Positions 12,101-24,599 of a DNA stretch of 64,000 bases are shown here, piece by piece. Numbering within the stretch: the first letter of the stretch is position 1; each line of letters opens with the position of its first letter. The stretch is from Balanoglossus misakiensis. Taxonomy: Eukaryota > Animalia > Hemichordata. The DNA is taken from the NCBI GenBank assembly GCA_040954595.2, contig CM082582.2, forward strand, positions 2,898,303 through 2,962,302, given 5' to 3'. The translations under genes and the position numbers were made by a program. Under the pieces are notes generated by a model. The model made no database searches and was not told the DNA's origin. It worked only from the letters and a program-made list of their open reading frames with translations.

Positions 12101-13408
12101 AAGGCACGTCAAGCGTATGTCCTTGTTGGGCTGTCTGACAGGAACGAATCGAGACCCACCGCACAGTCACGCAATAATGAAATCCACATCGCCAAAAACG
12201 ATGTTTCACTAGACTCGGGTACATGCAACTATCTCATGGCATTTACAGAATTGAACACCCCAGGCAATGTTACGTGTTGCTCCATGACTGTTGCTCCATG
12301 ACCAACCAAACAGCAAACAACAAACTCATGTCCAAACCAATGACGGTCGCAACTCATTGCATTATACAATATAGATGGGGATCCCAAAGAATAATTCAAA
12401 TATATTTGCAGAATTGCCACGCAAGTCGAGCATATTGTCCAAATTTAAGCACTCTGCAACTGAAACATAAAACCCAAGCTTTTTACAATACAGGAAGTAA
12501 AAATTCTGATTGAATTAATGCCAACATAAAACGAAAAAAGACAACTCACAAAATGTATATGTAGTGTTTCATGTAGTGTTTTGATCTCAAGAAGACATGA
12601 AAAAATCGTCGGGGGAAAAGCAGGTGAGAACATCACCTCATTTTTGGGATATGAAATAAAAGTCTATTTTACGGAGACACCTGGTAAAAAGTCCGCCCTA
12701 GTCTCAATTTTCCAGACCCCTCTGGGATAGTCGAGTAGTCCATCCCCATGAAACTGCATATTTTAAAATAGCCAAAATGAGTCAATGGGGCATTTTTTCA
12801 TCCTACCTCAACCTTGCTAAGAGTTTCCGTGCCAGTCACCTGCAAAAATTAAATTTACCACGGACAAATTGAAATACAGCCAATCGAAAAAAGTGCGCCA
12901 CCACATGGTCATTTGAAGACTTTGATGCTCTCTTCTGGCCGTAACCGCATGTGATCCGGAATAAAATTGAGCCTTGATCGCGTTTTTTATTTTATTTTCA
13001 CCACCAACGAAAATCTACGACGGCCCAACCGCAGATTATTGCTGCTCCATACAACAACCGGCTTATACTGTACATAAGTTTTGTGTTCTGGTGGCATTTG
13101 CGGGTCTGAGACGTCCTTTCTAGAAGGCCCTATTCGTTTTATACCAATAACTTTTACCACCCATGCTGGATTTTTTACGTTTTCTTTGACGACGCTTGAC
13201 CCTTTTCTTGCTTTGTTGTAGTCTTGGTTACCCAGATGCCTTTGCAAAGGCGAATGGGTAACAGAGACCAGCTTTGTTGTTGGTAGTTTGTTTGTTCGTA
13301 ACGTCTGTAACTGGGATTCTTCACTTGTGGAATATACTGCTTATTTCTTGTGTATCTGCATTTTGTTGATGCTGTCGCTCCTCTGGCAGTGAAGCAAGGG
13401 TGCTAGCT

Positions 13409-13666
13409 GGGACTGTTCGGGATTTACTTCCGGGGGGCGGAGGATTTTCAGGAGGGACCGCCCATTTTCTCCAAGAACAATTTAGGGAGGAATAGACATA
13501 AAAATCACAATCCTTTTGGGGGGGACCATGGAAAAACCCCAGGAAATTTAAGGGGTACAACAGATTTCCTCCACAATTTACTGGGGGTACGTCCATGGAA
13601 AAAACAATCACCAGGAAAATAAAAAATCCTCCGGCCCCACCCTGGAAGTAAAATCTGAACAGTCCC
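13409..13666. mobile_element. Small MITE with GGGACTGTTC termini (Harbinger-like)
   Basis: GGGACTGTTCGG-ATTTACTTCC pairs with GGAAGTAAAATCTGAACAGTCCC. Termini resemble the 58730-59627 family. TSD imperfect. Confidence 0.6.
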
Positions 13667-13939
13667 TAACTTTTGTTTGTTTGTTTGCTTGTTTATTTGT
13701 CTGTCTGTTTGTGTATTCTATATTATGTTATATGAAGCTTCTGCTACATTTTGCATTTCCTTTTGCATAAACAATGACTAAACCGACTGGAGCGCGTTTG
13801 GGCGCAGGATAGATTTAAGAGTTAATCCATCTGTGTTTACCGGCTAAAACCGTTCGATTTTTGCAACAAGTGAGACCGTAGTAGTAATCCGAAGGCCAGT
13901 CAGTGCATGTTTGCATGACTGGCGTGTAGTGATACCTAC

Positions 13940-14029
13940 CACAAAATGGTATCGCCCAAATAATGTTTGCCGGAATTTATAAGCCTGGCGCTCTCCTAAC
14001 AAGTCGTCATGTTCGCCCTCGTAGTCATG
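13940..14029 (-). CDS. Candidate exon (90 nt; HDYEGEHDDLLGERQAYKFRQTLFGRYHFV)
   Basis: Acceptor ttttccccgactggcag and donor GTG|gtaggt. One open frame. Lies just downstream of the promoter-like region at 14.6-15.1 kb. Confidence 0.35.
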
Positions 14030-14167
14030 CTGCCAGTCGGGGAAAATGACGTACTTCATGTAAAAGTTTATAAAAATAAACCAAATTTCACTGCCATGTA
14101 TCCCAAAACAATTTATGTGACAGATTTTTAAAAAGAACACTAACTTCGGCTAAGGAATGTCAAGTCA

Positions 14168-14410
14168 TAGCTCCGCGTTCAGGTCTGTGTGTTCCCGACG
14201 CACCACAGCCCTGCATAAGGCCCCATAGACAAAACTGGTGCGCCTGCGGTCCGGACCCGGACGCCCGACCGCAGCTTTTTCTGTCGAAATTCGATTTTAT
14301 CGAAGCAAAATCCTTTCCCTTATTACTTCAACCGACCCCAAATATGATGCGTTTAACTTCTTCTAACGTCCGTGTAACGCCGGGAACACACAGACCTGCA
14401 CGCAGAGCTA
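14168..14410. mobile_element. Academ-like MITE (243 bp)
   Basis: TAGCTCCGCGTTCAGGTCTGTGTGTTCCCG pairs with CGGGAACACACAGACCTGCACGCAGAGCTA. 4-bp TSD GTCA on both sides. A related terminus lies at about 57988-58029. Confidence 0.75.
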
Positions 14411-14657
14411 GTCAAATCAGTGCACTGTGCAGTCGGTCGGTACACTCTGCTGGTGTATACAAACGATCGTGGCGACAGAATCTCTCCCTGGGACGGCCTT
14501 ACACAAATTTAATCGATTGTCTAACAATTTTACTGCGACTTGTTGCCACGTCTTATACATTTCGTTGACCGGTGGAATATAGAGGTTCAGTCGTCACGCT
14601 GAACTGGTCGAAACCATTCCCCACGCTGATTCGACTCTCGCGCCCGGGATATATGTC

Positions 14658-15080
14658 TGTGGTAGCTCCATGGTAACAACCGCAAGGGGCCAGGTCATGG
14701 GATTGTGGGTTGCCTATCATTTGCTATAAGGCGCCTTCTGATTGGTTTATATTCCCAGTAAATCTCGTAGAGTTCAGCGGGATCTCCATTGAGAGTTGGT
14801 CAGATGTAGTGTGAGGCGACAGCATAAAAAAACAAGTCGCCGTTCCCTACATCTGATTTTAATCAGATTGTGGTGGCTCCATGGTAACAACCCAAGGGGC
14901 TAGGTCATGTGATTGTGGGATGCCTATCGTTTGCTATAAGGCGCCTTCTGATTGGTTTATTCGCCCAGTAAATCCCGTCGATTTCAACGGGAGCTCCAGT
15001 GAGAGTTGGTCAGATGTAGTGTGAGGCGACAGCATAAAAAACCACGTCGCCGTTCCCTACATCTGATTTTAATCAGATTG
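14658..15080. promoter_or_regulatory. Tandemly duplicated (2 x about 211 bp) promoter-like module
   Basis: Each unit has an RFX X-box-like CCATGGTAACAAC, an inverted CCAAT (CTGATTGG) and TGTAGT (ACTACA). The duplication is seen directly; the promoter role is inferred. Confidence 0.5.
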
Positions 15081-15915
15081 GGGACACCCCCTCCCGAACC
15101 CACCCCCTTCATTCTTCGCCACATTTCATTTATTGGCTGGTTTGTCTAGTGTACCAGGGCAGACTACTTGCCACCCCACCCCACCGATGCTTACTTTGAG
15201 TGGAGTGTCAACATTAAAATTTGTCCTCGCCAACATTGAGTTAATATGCCTTTGAGTTCGTTAAAATGCAACTTTGATCACCGTATTTTACAAAAAAAAA
15301 TTCTTATGTGGGAGGGGGACACCCCCTCCATTCTTCACCACATTGCATTTATTCGCTGGTTTGTCTAGTGTACCAGGGCACGCTTCTTGCCACCCCATCC
15401 CTGATGCTTACTTTGAGTGGAGTGGCAAAATTAAAAAAAATTTCCTCCCTAACATTGAGTTAATTTGCTTTTGAGTTCATTAAAATGCAACTTTGAGCAC
15501 CGTATTTTACAAAATGTTCTTATGTGGGAGGGGGACACCCCCTCCCACGCCCAACCCCGACACTTTTCTTGTTTTACCAATCCTACCAACTATTGTATTG
15601 ACTTGTCATTTTAATTTATTCATAGATTTCTTTATTGCAACGATATACTATTATATACTTCAATTACTTTAAGAAAATTATAATTGACGTGTTGAGGAGC
15701 CTCATTCCCTTTATTGCATACAGTGTACATAGGATCATGACGGCGAATGTTTTCGGAGAGGGGGGGGGGTCATCATATTGTTAGGCCTGTCAAGGGGGGG
15801 TCGTCGTTTTTTGGTCCTGGGTGGAGGGGGGGGGGGTTGGCCTGATTTTGAAAACCGATGACACAAACTTGCCAACCCCCCCCCCCCCCCCCAGCCGTAA
15901 AAACTGAACGGTCCC
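15081..15915 (+). mobile_element. Harbinger-type MITE family copy (left end missing)
   Basis: Matches the 3' part of 58730-59627 and ends GTAAAAACTGAACGGTCCC followed by TTA. Contains an internal duplicated subunit. Confidence 0.75.
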
Positions 15916-17205
15916 TTATTGGATTGGTTACAAAATTGCTGTACGAGCTTTCTATGATTTGACCGCCGAAACCGCGATCAGCGAATTGCGTTGTGCTATA
16001 CGATTCGAGGACAGTCATTCTGAGTAATTGAATTCAATTAGCCTTACATTCCATGCCTGCCTAGCTGCAATAATTGTAGCCTTGTTGGGCTGGTTGGGTG
16101 GCTGGTTGGCCCACCATCTAGCCACCCAACTAGACCACCAATGCTTCAATTATTGCATATAATGCCAACCTAGGCCTACTTGATTGGTGATGTGCGACAA
16201 GCATGCTAATAATATATTGCGCTGCACATAGGGTAAGGCTTGCATGCCCAGAGACAGAGTAAAATTTTAACGTTAAACAATATAAACAATAAAATGTTTT
16301 TTCACCAAAAAATTTTCTGGTCAGTAGCTGACTTGTTGGAACGTAGGGACAGTATGACAGGTCATACATCTGCCGCCATATCACGTAAAAACATCGGTGT
16401 AACATGGCCAGAAATAGTACATCGTTGTGATTGGTTGGGATCCTGTTTTGGCGTGCTTCATTGACGCATCCATGAATAGATTTTTGTTTGTGTTTGATAG
16501 AAAAAAAAATGCCCGACCGGGTTGCACAGTTAAGTGGTTTTGGCTAATGACGGGCACTGGGTAGATATATAGAAACCATGTATAGAGACAATCATGCATT
16601 TTTTCCGAATTGTGATTGATACTTAGAACTTCGAAAATCTATACGATTTAACTAAATGCATTTTCTGGTAAAGGTGAAGTCTGTCAGAACATGATGTACA
16701 GTTTTTAAAGAGCAGATTACGAATAAAAATTTAAATGCAACTGACAACCACGTGATTCTTGTCGTAGATTGTCGCATCATACAGCCAGGTCTGTTGTGAC
16801 TTCACAAATGACACGTCGAAATTTCGTGTGGCAAACGGTATTCGCCATCAACAAAAAGGTACCGGGAAAGTTTCGACTGGCATGCCGGAATTCCGCATCA
16901 TGTACACGGGCAGGTTTTTTTGAGATGACAAAGTCGGTTTTTCACAACTTTGCCTTGTCATGTTTATCATGGTAATGCACGACGGCCAAATGTCGGACTT
17001 GTGTCGGGCAGATTTTGCAGTCCCGACAAAACATATTTCTACAGAGCAGGCTTCGATGGCATACCGCTGTTATCAAAATCCATTATTCGACTATGTTCCC
17101 AATACCAAGATCGGCTATTCTCGACAGCGACTTTCTCCAGGGAATACCAACTCCGCCGTATGATCTACAAATCCGAATGCCAGTGCCGTTTTCATTGACG
17201 ATGGC

Positions 17206-17227
17206 ATGGAAAAGCTTATGAATATTG
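17206..17227 (+). CDS. Candidate first coding exon segment (MEKLMNI + 1 nt) of a 63-aa microprotein
   Basis: GGC-ATG-G Kozak context. Donor ATTG|gtgaga is phase 1, compatible with the acceptor at 20839. Confidence 0.35.
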
Positions 17228-18338
17228 GTGAGAATTTGTAGTTCGTTGTTACACAATCAATGTTATTGTAACAGCCGACTTTAACGCCACAGCAATATAT
17301 GAAGCGATGTGGACGCACGAAAAGAGAGACAAAAGTTCTGTTCTCCTGTGTCTCTGCGCTGCTCTCACTAGAGAATGTAATTTCATAAAGACAGTACTAA
17401 ATAAAAGAGATTAAATGCACCAAAAAGTTGAATTTCCTTAATGATATTTTGTTGCTTAGATTTGCACATTTTCACTATTTCAGGGGTGCAGGAAGCAATT
17501 TCTTGTACGGGGACAAAGTTACATATTTTCTGGACACAATTGATTTATGATAAAAATAAATAGCTGAATAAATTGATTACTGATTAAATGCAAATAATAA
17601 AAAGGGAGAAATAGCAAGAAATAAAGTGAACAAATATTATTGTAAAAGCTCCAGTATCTGTTATGATTGACAATTTTCTCAGTATTGTTCCAAAAATTGA
17701 ATTCAACTGTATTCATGTCACACACATTGCTACAAATGTACTTTCTTCGATCAGCGACTTTCGTTAAAGATTAGTTTGATTGGCGTCCAATTATTGATTC
17801 ATGAAGCCTCCCAGCCAATTATACTGTATGTTCCATAAACAACAAAATGTGCGCTTCTGTTATCTTTGATTTTTATACTTCAGTTATTCACAGTGATTGC
17901 GCCATTCTTTAAATCCATATCCCTATTGGTGTAAAATATGATCATTGGCGGGGGGGGGGGTAAGCGGGGATTTTGTGCATGGTGGGGGGGGGGTTAAGTA
18001 TGGTTTTACCCTGCCCCCGAAACTTAGTCAGGGGCGGAGATACACTCCCGGTTTCAAAGCCAATATGGGGGGGGGGGGTAATTGCTATTACTGGTATATC
18101 AACTCGATTTGTATAACTTTTTAAAGATTAAAATTGATAAGAATGGGATGCATTCAAAGATTTCTGGAGAATGTTGTTTGCAACAAATCTCTGTATCAAC
18201 TTAAATTTAAAGTAAATAAGAATTAAAGTAGCGACGACAAATAAGAAGACGAACATGTTTTGGTCTTTCATTCAAAATAGACTGATCACAGACTTAGAGG
18301 CATCAGAAAATTTAAACCTTTGGAGTTTCACTCTTTCT

Positions 18339-19596
18339 TCTGACATTTTGCTTGCTCTTGATGAAAAACGAGAGGTTTTCCTGGTATTACTCGATCTTTC
18401 CGCAGCATTTGACACTGTGAACCATACCATTTTACTCAATCGCTTAAGAGACCGCTTTAGTCTCTCAGATCCTGTTCCCATGTGGTTTAAGTCATACCTT
18501 TCCAATCGTAGTCAGTGCATACTTGTAAATTCCACCCAATCACCTTTCTATCCGCTCGACACTGGGGTACCACAGGGATCAGTTCTTGGTCCCATACTTT
18601 TCAATATGTACATGTCTCCATTAGGTGAATTAGTTCAAAGTCATGGTTGTCTTTATAGTTTTTATGCAGATGACTCTTCCCTTTATATGTCTTTTTGTAA
18701 AGACAACACAGCAAGAACTGTTTCAAATCTTGAACTTTGTATATCCGATGTTAGGTTTTGGATGTCTGAAAACTTCTTGTGCTTAAACGATGATAAGACT
18801 GAATTTGTTATTTTCTCTGGTACTTCGGGTGATCTGTCTGCTAGAGGGATTTCAGAAATTTGTGTTGGCGATTCTCTGATTCCCGTCCATTGTCAGGCTA
18901 AGAGCCTTGGAGTGATCCTTTACTCTTGTCTGACAGTGAAGCCACATATTGGACAGATCTGCCGCTCTGCCACTTTTCATTTACGTCGCATTGCACTTAT
19001 TGCAAATATTTATCTCAATCTGCTACAGAGCAATTAGTTCATGCATTCATTACTTCTCGAATTGATTCATGTAATTCACTTTTATTTGGGCTCCCGAAGT
19101 ATTCAATCAACCGTATTCAACGCGTTCAGAATATTGCTGCTAGAATTGTTACTCATTCAAAAATCACCTGTCACATCACTCCGATTTTGTATCAGTTGCA
19201 CTGGCTACCTGTTACAGAGCGTATTGTTTTTAAGATGTTAGTTCTCATTTTTAAATCCATTCATAAACTTGGTCCAATCTATCTTTCTAACATGACTGAT
19301 CTGTATGTTTCGTGTCGCAATTTAAGGTCAGCTGATCAGTTCAAACTCTGTCCTGTTCGATCACGCACCAGGAGTTATGGTGATCGTGCTTTTACTGTTG
19401 CTGCTCCAATTCTTTGGAATAATCTTCCACTCACCATTCACCAGGCACCAGACTTATCTGTTTTTAAATCAAATGTTAAAACTTTACTCTTTAAATCTGT
19501 TTTTTAGCAATTTGTTGTATTGTATTTTTGCTTTAAGCGTCATTGATCACATTTTTGTGGATACTGACGCTATATAAATAAATTATTATTATTATT
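18339..19596 (+). mobile_element. 5'-truncated L2-clade (CR1 group) LINE: RT domain, C-terminal region and 3' tail
   Basis: Motifs LLDLSAAFDTV, GVPQGSVLGP, YADD, LNDDKTE, LHWLPV and GDRAFTVAAPILWN. One frameshift near 19000 joins ORFs 18255-19037 and 18926-19507. 3' end CGCTATATAAATAAA(TTA)n is typical of L2. Confidence 0.93.
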
Positions 19597-20838
19597 CTTA
19601 AAATCTGACTTTAAGGCACATATTACCATAATTTTGATCAAAATTTATTTAACCAACCAAGGAACATGCATACTGGTACCTTCCTTCTAGTATTTAAGAG
19701 GGAACCAGTTTTGGCCAAATCATTGGGAATTATAGCAACATTCTGCTGGTCAATGCATGTACTATGGTGACAACACCAGTCTTCAGGTACTACTATTCCC
19801 TGAAAGCCTCATGAAATGCCAAATTTCACATTTTTCCAAAAATCGAATCTTCTACCTTTTATATAAAATCTTCATCATTAATCCACATTACTTGTATTTG
19901 CATTTGATTCTGGTTATTAACTCTTGGCGATGCGTACCACAATAGTTGTGAACTCTTTTTATAGAGGCTGATTTAACAGGTGTGGCACCTATTTAATATA
20001 TCACTTGTTCAAATTGCAACATACAGCCACAATCGGGCGTCGGTAACATATTCATGTATGCCTATCAGTAAGCTTATTTAGATGGACCAATCTATGTTGG
20101 AAGTCAAATCATGAAAATAATGCAACAAGTGGCAGCTCCTAGTCTTAGGGCTTCAATGACATTATATTTGGGGCTTGTATAGATCCAGAAGTTGCATAAT
20201 GTGCTCACTGTACACGTGGGATCCTGTGTTAAAGAAGCACACAAATTCTCCAACATTTTGGCAATATAGCCCAGTTGATCAGGAAAGGGCAACAAAAGTT
20301 TAGTCAAACAAGATACCAGTACCGGTATTGACAAACAGTGGCCATCTATGGTAGATATCTCTATGTTATCAATTTCACTGCTCTATTAGCAAAAGGCAAA
20401 CCATTAAAATTTAAAACTGCATGTGGAGATTTTAGATAAATTAACTCTGTAACTGGGCCTGATCATGCGCCTTGAAATGGCAGGGGTCCGACATTCTGTG
20501 TTGATTTCAGAGCATACAACATGTTCCAGTACGTACACAATGAATTGTATGTTTTCTCAAAATTTTATGTATAAGGCTACGGAATATAATAACCATGCAA
20601 TGCATATTGGCTGGCTGTCTCCTACCTTTTAATGTTTCACTATTCAGAGGTGTGCAGAGGCTTGATTGATTGATTGTTTGAAGTCACAGTGCAGTTGTTG
20701 TTTTGTAGTATCCGCTTAGTTGTTGTTCTTATGTCATGAAATGCTAGTCATGATTCAGAGAACTGTTGGCACCAACAGATGAGGTTAGCAACAATCCTTT
20801 TATTTACAAAACAAGATACATGAAATTTATTCTTGTAG

Positions 20839-21008
20839 TTAAGGACCAAACCAAAACATTGTCAAAACTGTCATCCTCAGACAGCGGGAGGATATTCCAT
20901 AGCCCCACCCCAAACTTGCCAAGAGCCCTCTCATTCAAGAAACCCCGCCCACATTTCTTTGTTATGGACTCAGTCTTTGACAGTGTAATAAATCTTTTAA
21001 AACTTTGA
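20839..21008 (+). CDS. Candidate terminal coding exon (VKDQTKTLSKLSSSDSGRIFHSPTPNLPRALSFKKPRPHFFVMDSVFDSVINLLKL*)
   Basis: Acceptor tttattcttgtag. Phase matches the 17227 donor. Followed by about 1.6 kb of UTR-like sequence and tandem AATAAA at 22656 and 22663. Confidence 0.4.
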
Positions 21009-22381
21009 GACTGACTTCTGCTCATTTGAAGTCTATACAATACATTCCCAGATCTCAATATCTTCCTTCAAATTCAAGATTCACCTAATGTTAACCTTTT
21101 TTATGCTCTTATTCATGTAGATATTGAAATGGAACAGAGGTTATTGGCAGGTACAGAATTTATTGGCTTTTAATTAAGAAATTGAAATGTTTTGTCTGTA
21201 AATTTGGGAAGCAAACATCTACTAATTGTATATAATGATCATAAATGTATATACCTGTAGATAAAGTGAGTACATGTGTGGTTGTAATCATACTGCAGGT
21301 GTGCATCTACATTTGTATTAACGAATTTGTGTATGGCTGTTCTATCATGCAATGGTGATGTTATTTTGAATGAGTTGTACATGCACGTACAGGACCTAGC
21401 TTTTTAAAACCTTGGGCAGAAAACTTTGCAAGCAAGTAGTTTCTGGATATGATTGCTATAATTAAAACTGACCAGAATGGTTGTGTCATGAATATGGAAG
21501 GATTCATATAAACACTGAAGTGGGGGGGGGGATGGCATCCTTTCTACTCATAGTTATATTCATTTTGTTGATGTCCTCTTTCATGCTGCATCTCCTGACA
21601 TTGTTACAATGATCGGGTACCTCAACAGTGAACTATGAATGAGCACTGAAACTCACACAAGTTGGATCCATCATCAACATTTTCATGTTTTTGTACACGG
21701 TATTAGTGCAGTTTGGCCTTATGGTTGATGAAATTTATTTTCACGATTATAAAATTCAAGGATTTGGCATTTGGCAGGTGGTTGTATGTGATTTTTCATT
21801 GCCAGGTGGTTGCTATAGCATGGCAACAAAATGCAATGCATTGATGATCTAGCCAAAGCAAAGAATTAATTAAAAAAAATTTTCAGGTGTATGGAGGAAT
21901 CTTTTCCCCACCTCTCTCCTTTAGATTGTGCAATTTATGCTCAAGAAATGCCCCCCCCCCCTCCCATACTCTGTTAGTCCATGCCAGTGAACAGTGTGAT
22001 ATGGCATGGAATGTCCAAAATTCATTTAAACTCTTTTCTTGAAATCAAATATACATGCACCTCATACATAATTGGTGATCCATTCATGCATAACAGGTCT
22101 ATTGCCTATCTCATGGTCACTCCACCAGAAATCCATGACAATGATACATGGAAATTTTCTCTATAGTCAGATCCACTGTCAGGGCATTATTGATTAAACT
22201 GCCAATTTAATTAAGCACAATTTTATATGGGGGTTACACAGGGACCATTAATACGTTTCTAAAATGTCTCAGATCAAATACTTGCATAAATAATTATTTG
22301 TTACCAGTTCAAGTGGTGCTGAAACGTCTCAGATTCGAGACGGCTTTGACGACCTGCGCCGGTGTAAGGATTAATACCTCT

Positions 22382-22537
22382 AAACAACCCATTGTCTATG
22401 GGGCCAAGCCATAGTGCCTATACATAAATGTTGTGTGTGGACAAGAGGCGAATCAAAGGATTAATCCTCTGTATTTACCATAGGCAAGTAGTGTCTCTCA
22501 AACATTTTGAATTTTGCCCTGTGTGAATCTGGTATTA
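22382..22537. repeat. Dispersed repeat (direct diverged copy at about 41490-41645)
   Basis: CATTGTCTATGGGGCC..GCCTATACATAAA..CAAAGGATTAAT..AGGCAA-TAGTGTCTC shared colinearly. Confidence 0.7.
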
Positions 22538-24599
22538 ATTAAAAAAAATTTCATGATTTTACTTTTGAATGGTCCAATTAAGTTAAAGTTTACTGGTCGG
22601 TGTACACAAACAAATCAGTAAACTCGATTGTGGCTATGTAAATACCGGTATGTACAATAAAGAATAAAAAGGTGCCACACCCATTTCTTCAACTGTCTAT
22701 TGCAAGAGTAGATAACTACTGTAGTATGCGCATATTGCTATTAATACCTCCAGAAAGTCAAATAGTGGTATGTTAGAAAATCTGGATACTGTGAATTTTT
22801 AACACACTGCCAGGTAAAAAAACGAACACACATTGGAGGCAGTTTCTGGACATCCAAGTTTTTTTACAAAATTCACTCACAAAAAAACCTTCATATTTAT
22901 TTACTTTCCAGCTGACAGAATTAAAAGCCTTTCCAAGATTTTTGGAGAGATTGAAAGCGTGACAAATTTTTATTGAGTTGCAGCTCATGGGGCCTTAATG
23001 TGATATTAAGTTCTGTTATTTTTCTGTGAGTGGCCAAGCTTTCATGCAACTCCTGTTACTGTCCCATTTATTGTGTTGGAGATTTCTCAAATTGGCTTGT
23101 GTGCCAAATTTTTTACTATAGGAGTTGAGTAGTGGAGTACATTTTGAATCTTGTAAATACAAACCGACTTTCTATTTTCAGATGTAACACTGCTAGTGGA
23201 CAGTGTTGTACCCAAAGTTTTCTGAAGCTCAGATGAGCAATGGAATCATTGCACTGAATGAGCTTTCATGTACCAGAATACTGTTTATTTTTAGCTACTG
23301 TTTATGTGTGCGCAGGTTTGAAACATTACAAGGAAACACTGCACTGTACCAGAATACACTCACTTAAAACTATTGAAGGTAGGGATTTTGTTATGTGGCA
23401 TAAATTAAAACAGGCTTGCTTGCAAAATGTATTTGTGCAGTTAGACTGCTTACAATCTAACCCCACGGTGTGCTTTGATTGGCCTACAAGGATCGGTTTG
23501 TTTGGACGTTAACATATACAAGTACATAGAGGCCAAGCAGATCAGATGATGTACATGTCTCTTTGCAGACATTCTGAATTTATTCAGCACTCTACTGGCA
23601 CCTAGACCCATGTCTAATCAAGGGAGTGTTCAGCTAATGCATGGGGGGGGGGACCAATTGTGGGGGAGGCATTTTTTCAAAATAATAGAAGGTGAAGGTC
23701 ACATTTCATAAAGCTATATTCTTGTCGATTGAGTGTTCCATTATACAGCTGGTAATCCATTACATAGTACGTACTTGTAAATGATTATGTTTGCCAATGA
23801 TACCCAGTTGTGGTCAGCGATAATGGTATTTGTGCAGTTAGATGCACAGTATCTGATTTCTTATGTGACCTCCCCATTTGTGTAGTATTCCATCTGGTAA
23901 TTAGATTAGAATCAGTGACAAGAACATTGTTCGGAAAGTAAAATTAGTTTCAGTCTGGTTGGCATAAATGTTTTGAAGCTGTTAAAACTTTGAGATACCA
24001 GGTACATATGTAGATACCACAGACAACTGCATGAGGTTGGAAGGGGTAATTTACAGTCATCTTTCTCAGATTTAAACAGAAGAAAATAAACAGTCTCTAC
24101 AGATCCAATGATTATCATTTTCAAAGGAAGAAAACACAGTAAGGGAAAACAACAGTTTTGATTATGGCCGAGTCAGTACTTCTGCTGTGAACCCAACCTA
24201 AAACATTACCGGTTATTGTGCGCTATAAAATGAGACCTATCCCCCATCAGGGCTCCAGACACAACTATGGTGGGAGGAAGGGGAGAGGAGCAGGAGGGGG
24301 GTAAGGTCAAATGCCATGCCATTTCAATCACTGCATGAGCGGAAAATTTAACACTTTAAGTTTTGATTTACACGAGTGCTGGGTGGGCAGGATCAGAGCC
24401 TATCACTTAGTCTCAAAACGAATGCCTTATGGAGCACCCACAAACACAACTGTACCTTATTGTCTATTGTGTCATGAAATCATGCGCCCAATGAGGAAAG
24501 CTTTTCAGTATTTGAAAAAAGATGTCTGGTCAAATCAGTGTACAACGAGTTTTATCTCCTTCAGATTCACAATCATTGGCTTCTGATATTAACATATTT

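Larger units (their letters stand above)
8367..12341. repeat. Recent tandem duplication (copy 1 8367-10700 including a Harbinger insert; copy 2 10701-12341, 1641 bp)
   Basis: Near-identical sequence. Identical ORF-track entries at 10436 and 12077 are offset by 1641. Junction CCAAACCAAT|TGTGTGCGGG at 10700/10701. Confidence 0.95.

Noticed and set aside
12987-13400. Lys/Arg-rich minus-strand open stretches
   Set aside because: No frame can be joined to neighbouring exons without stops, and no domain is recognisable.
17150-17170. Antizyme-like +1 frameshift at the in-frame TGA
   Set aside because: The context is GTA-TGA, not UCC-UGA, and the +1 frame shows no antizyme similarity.
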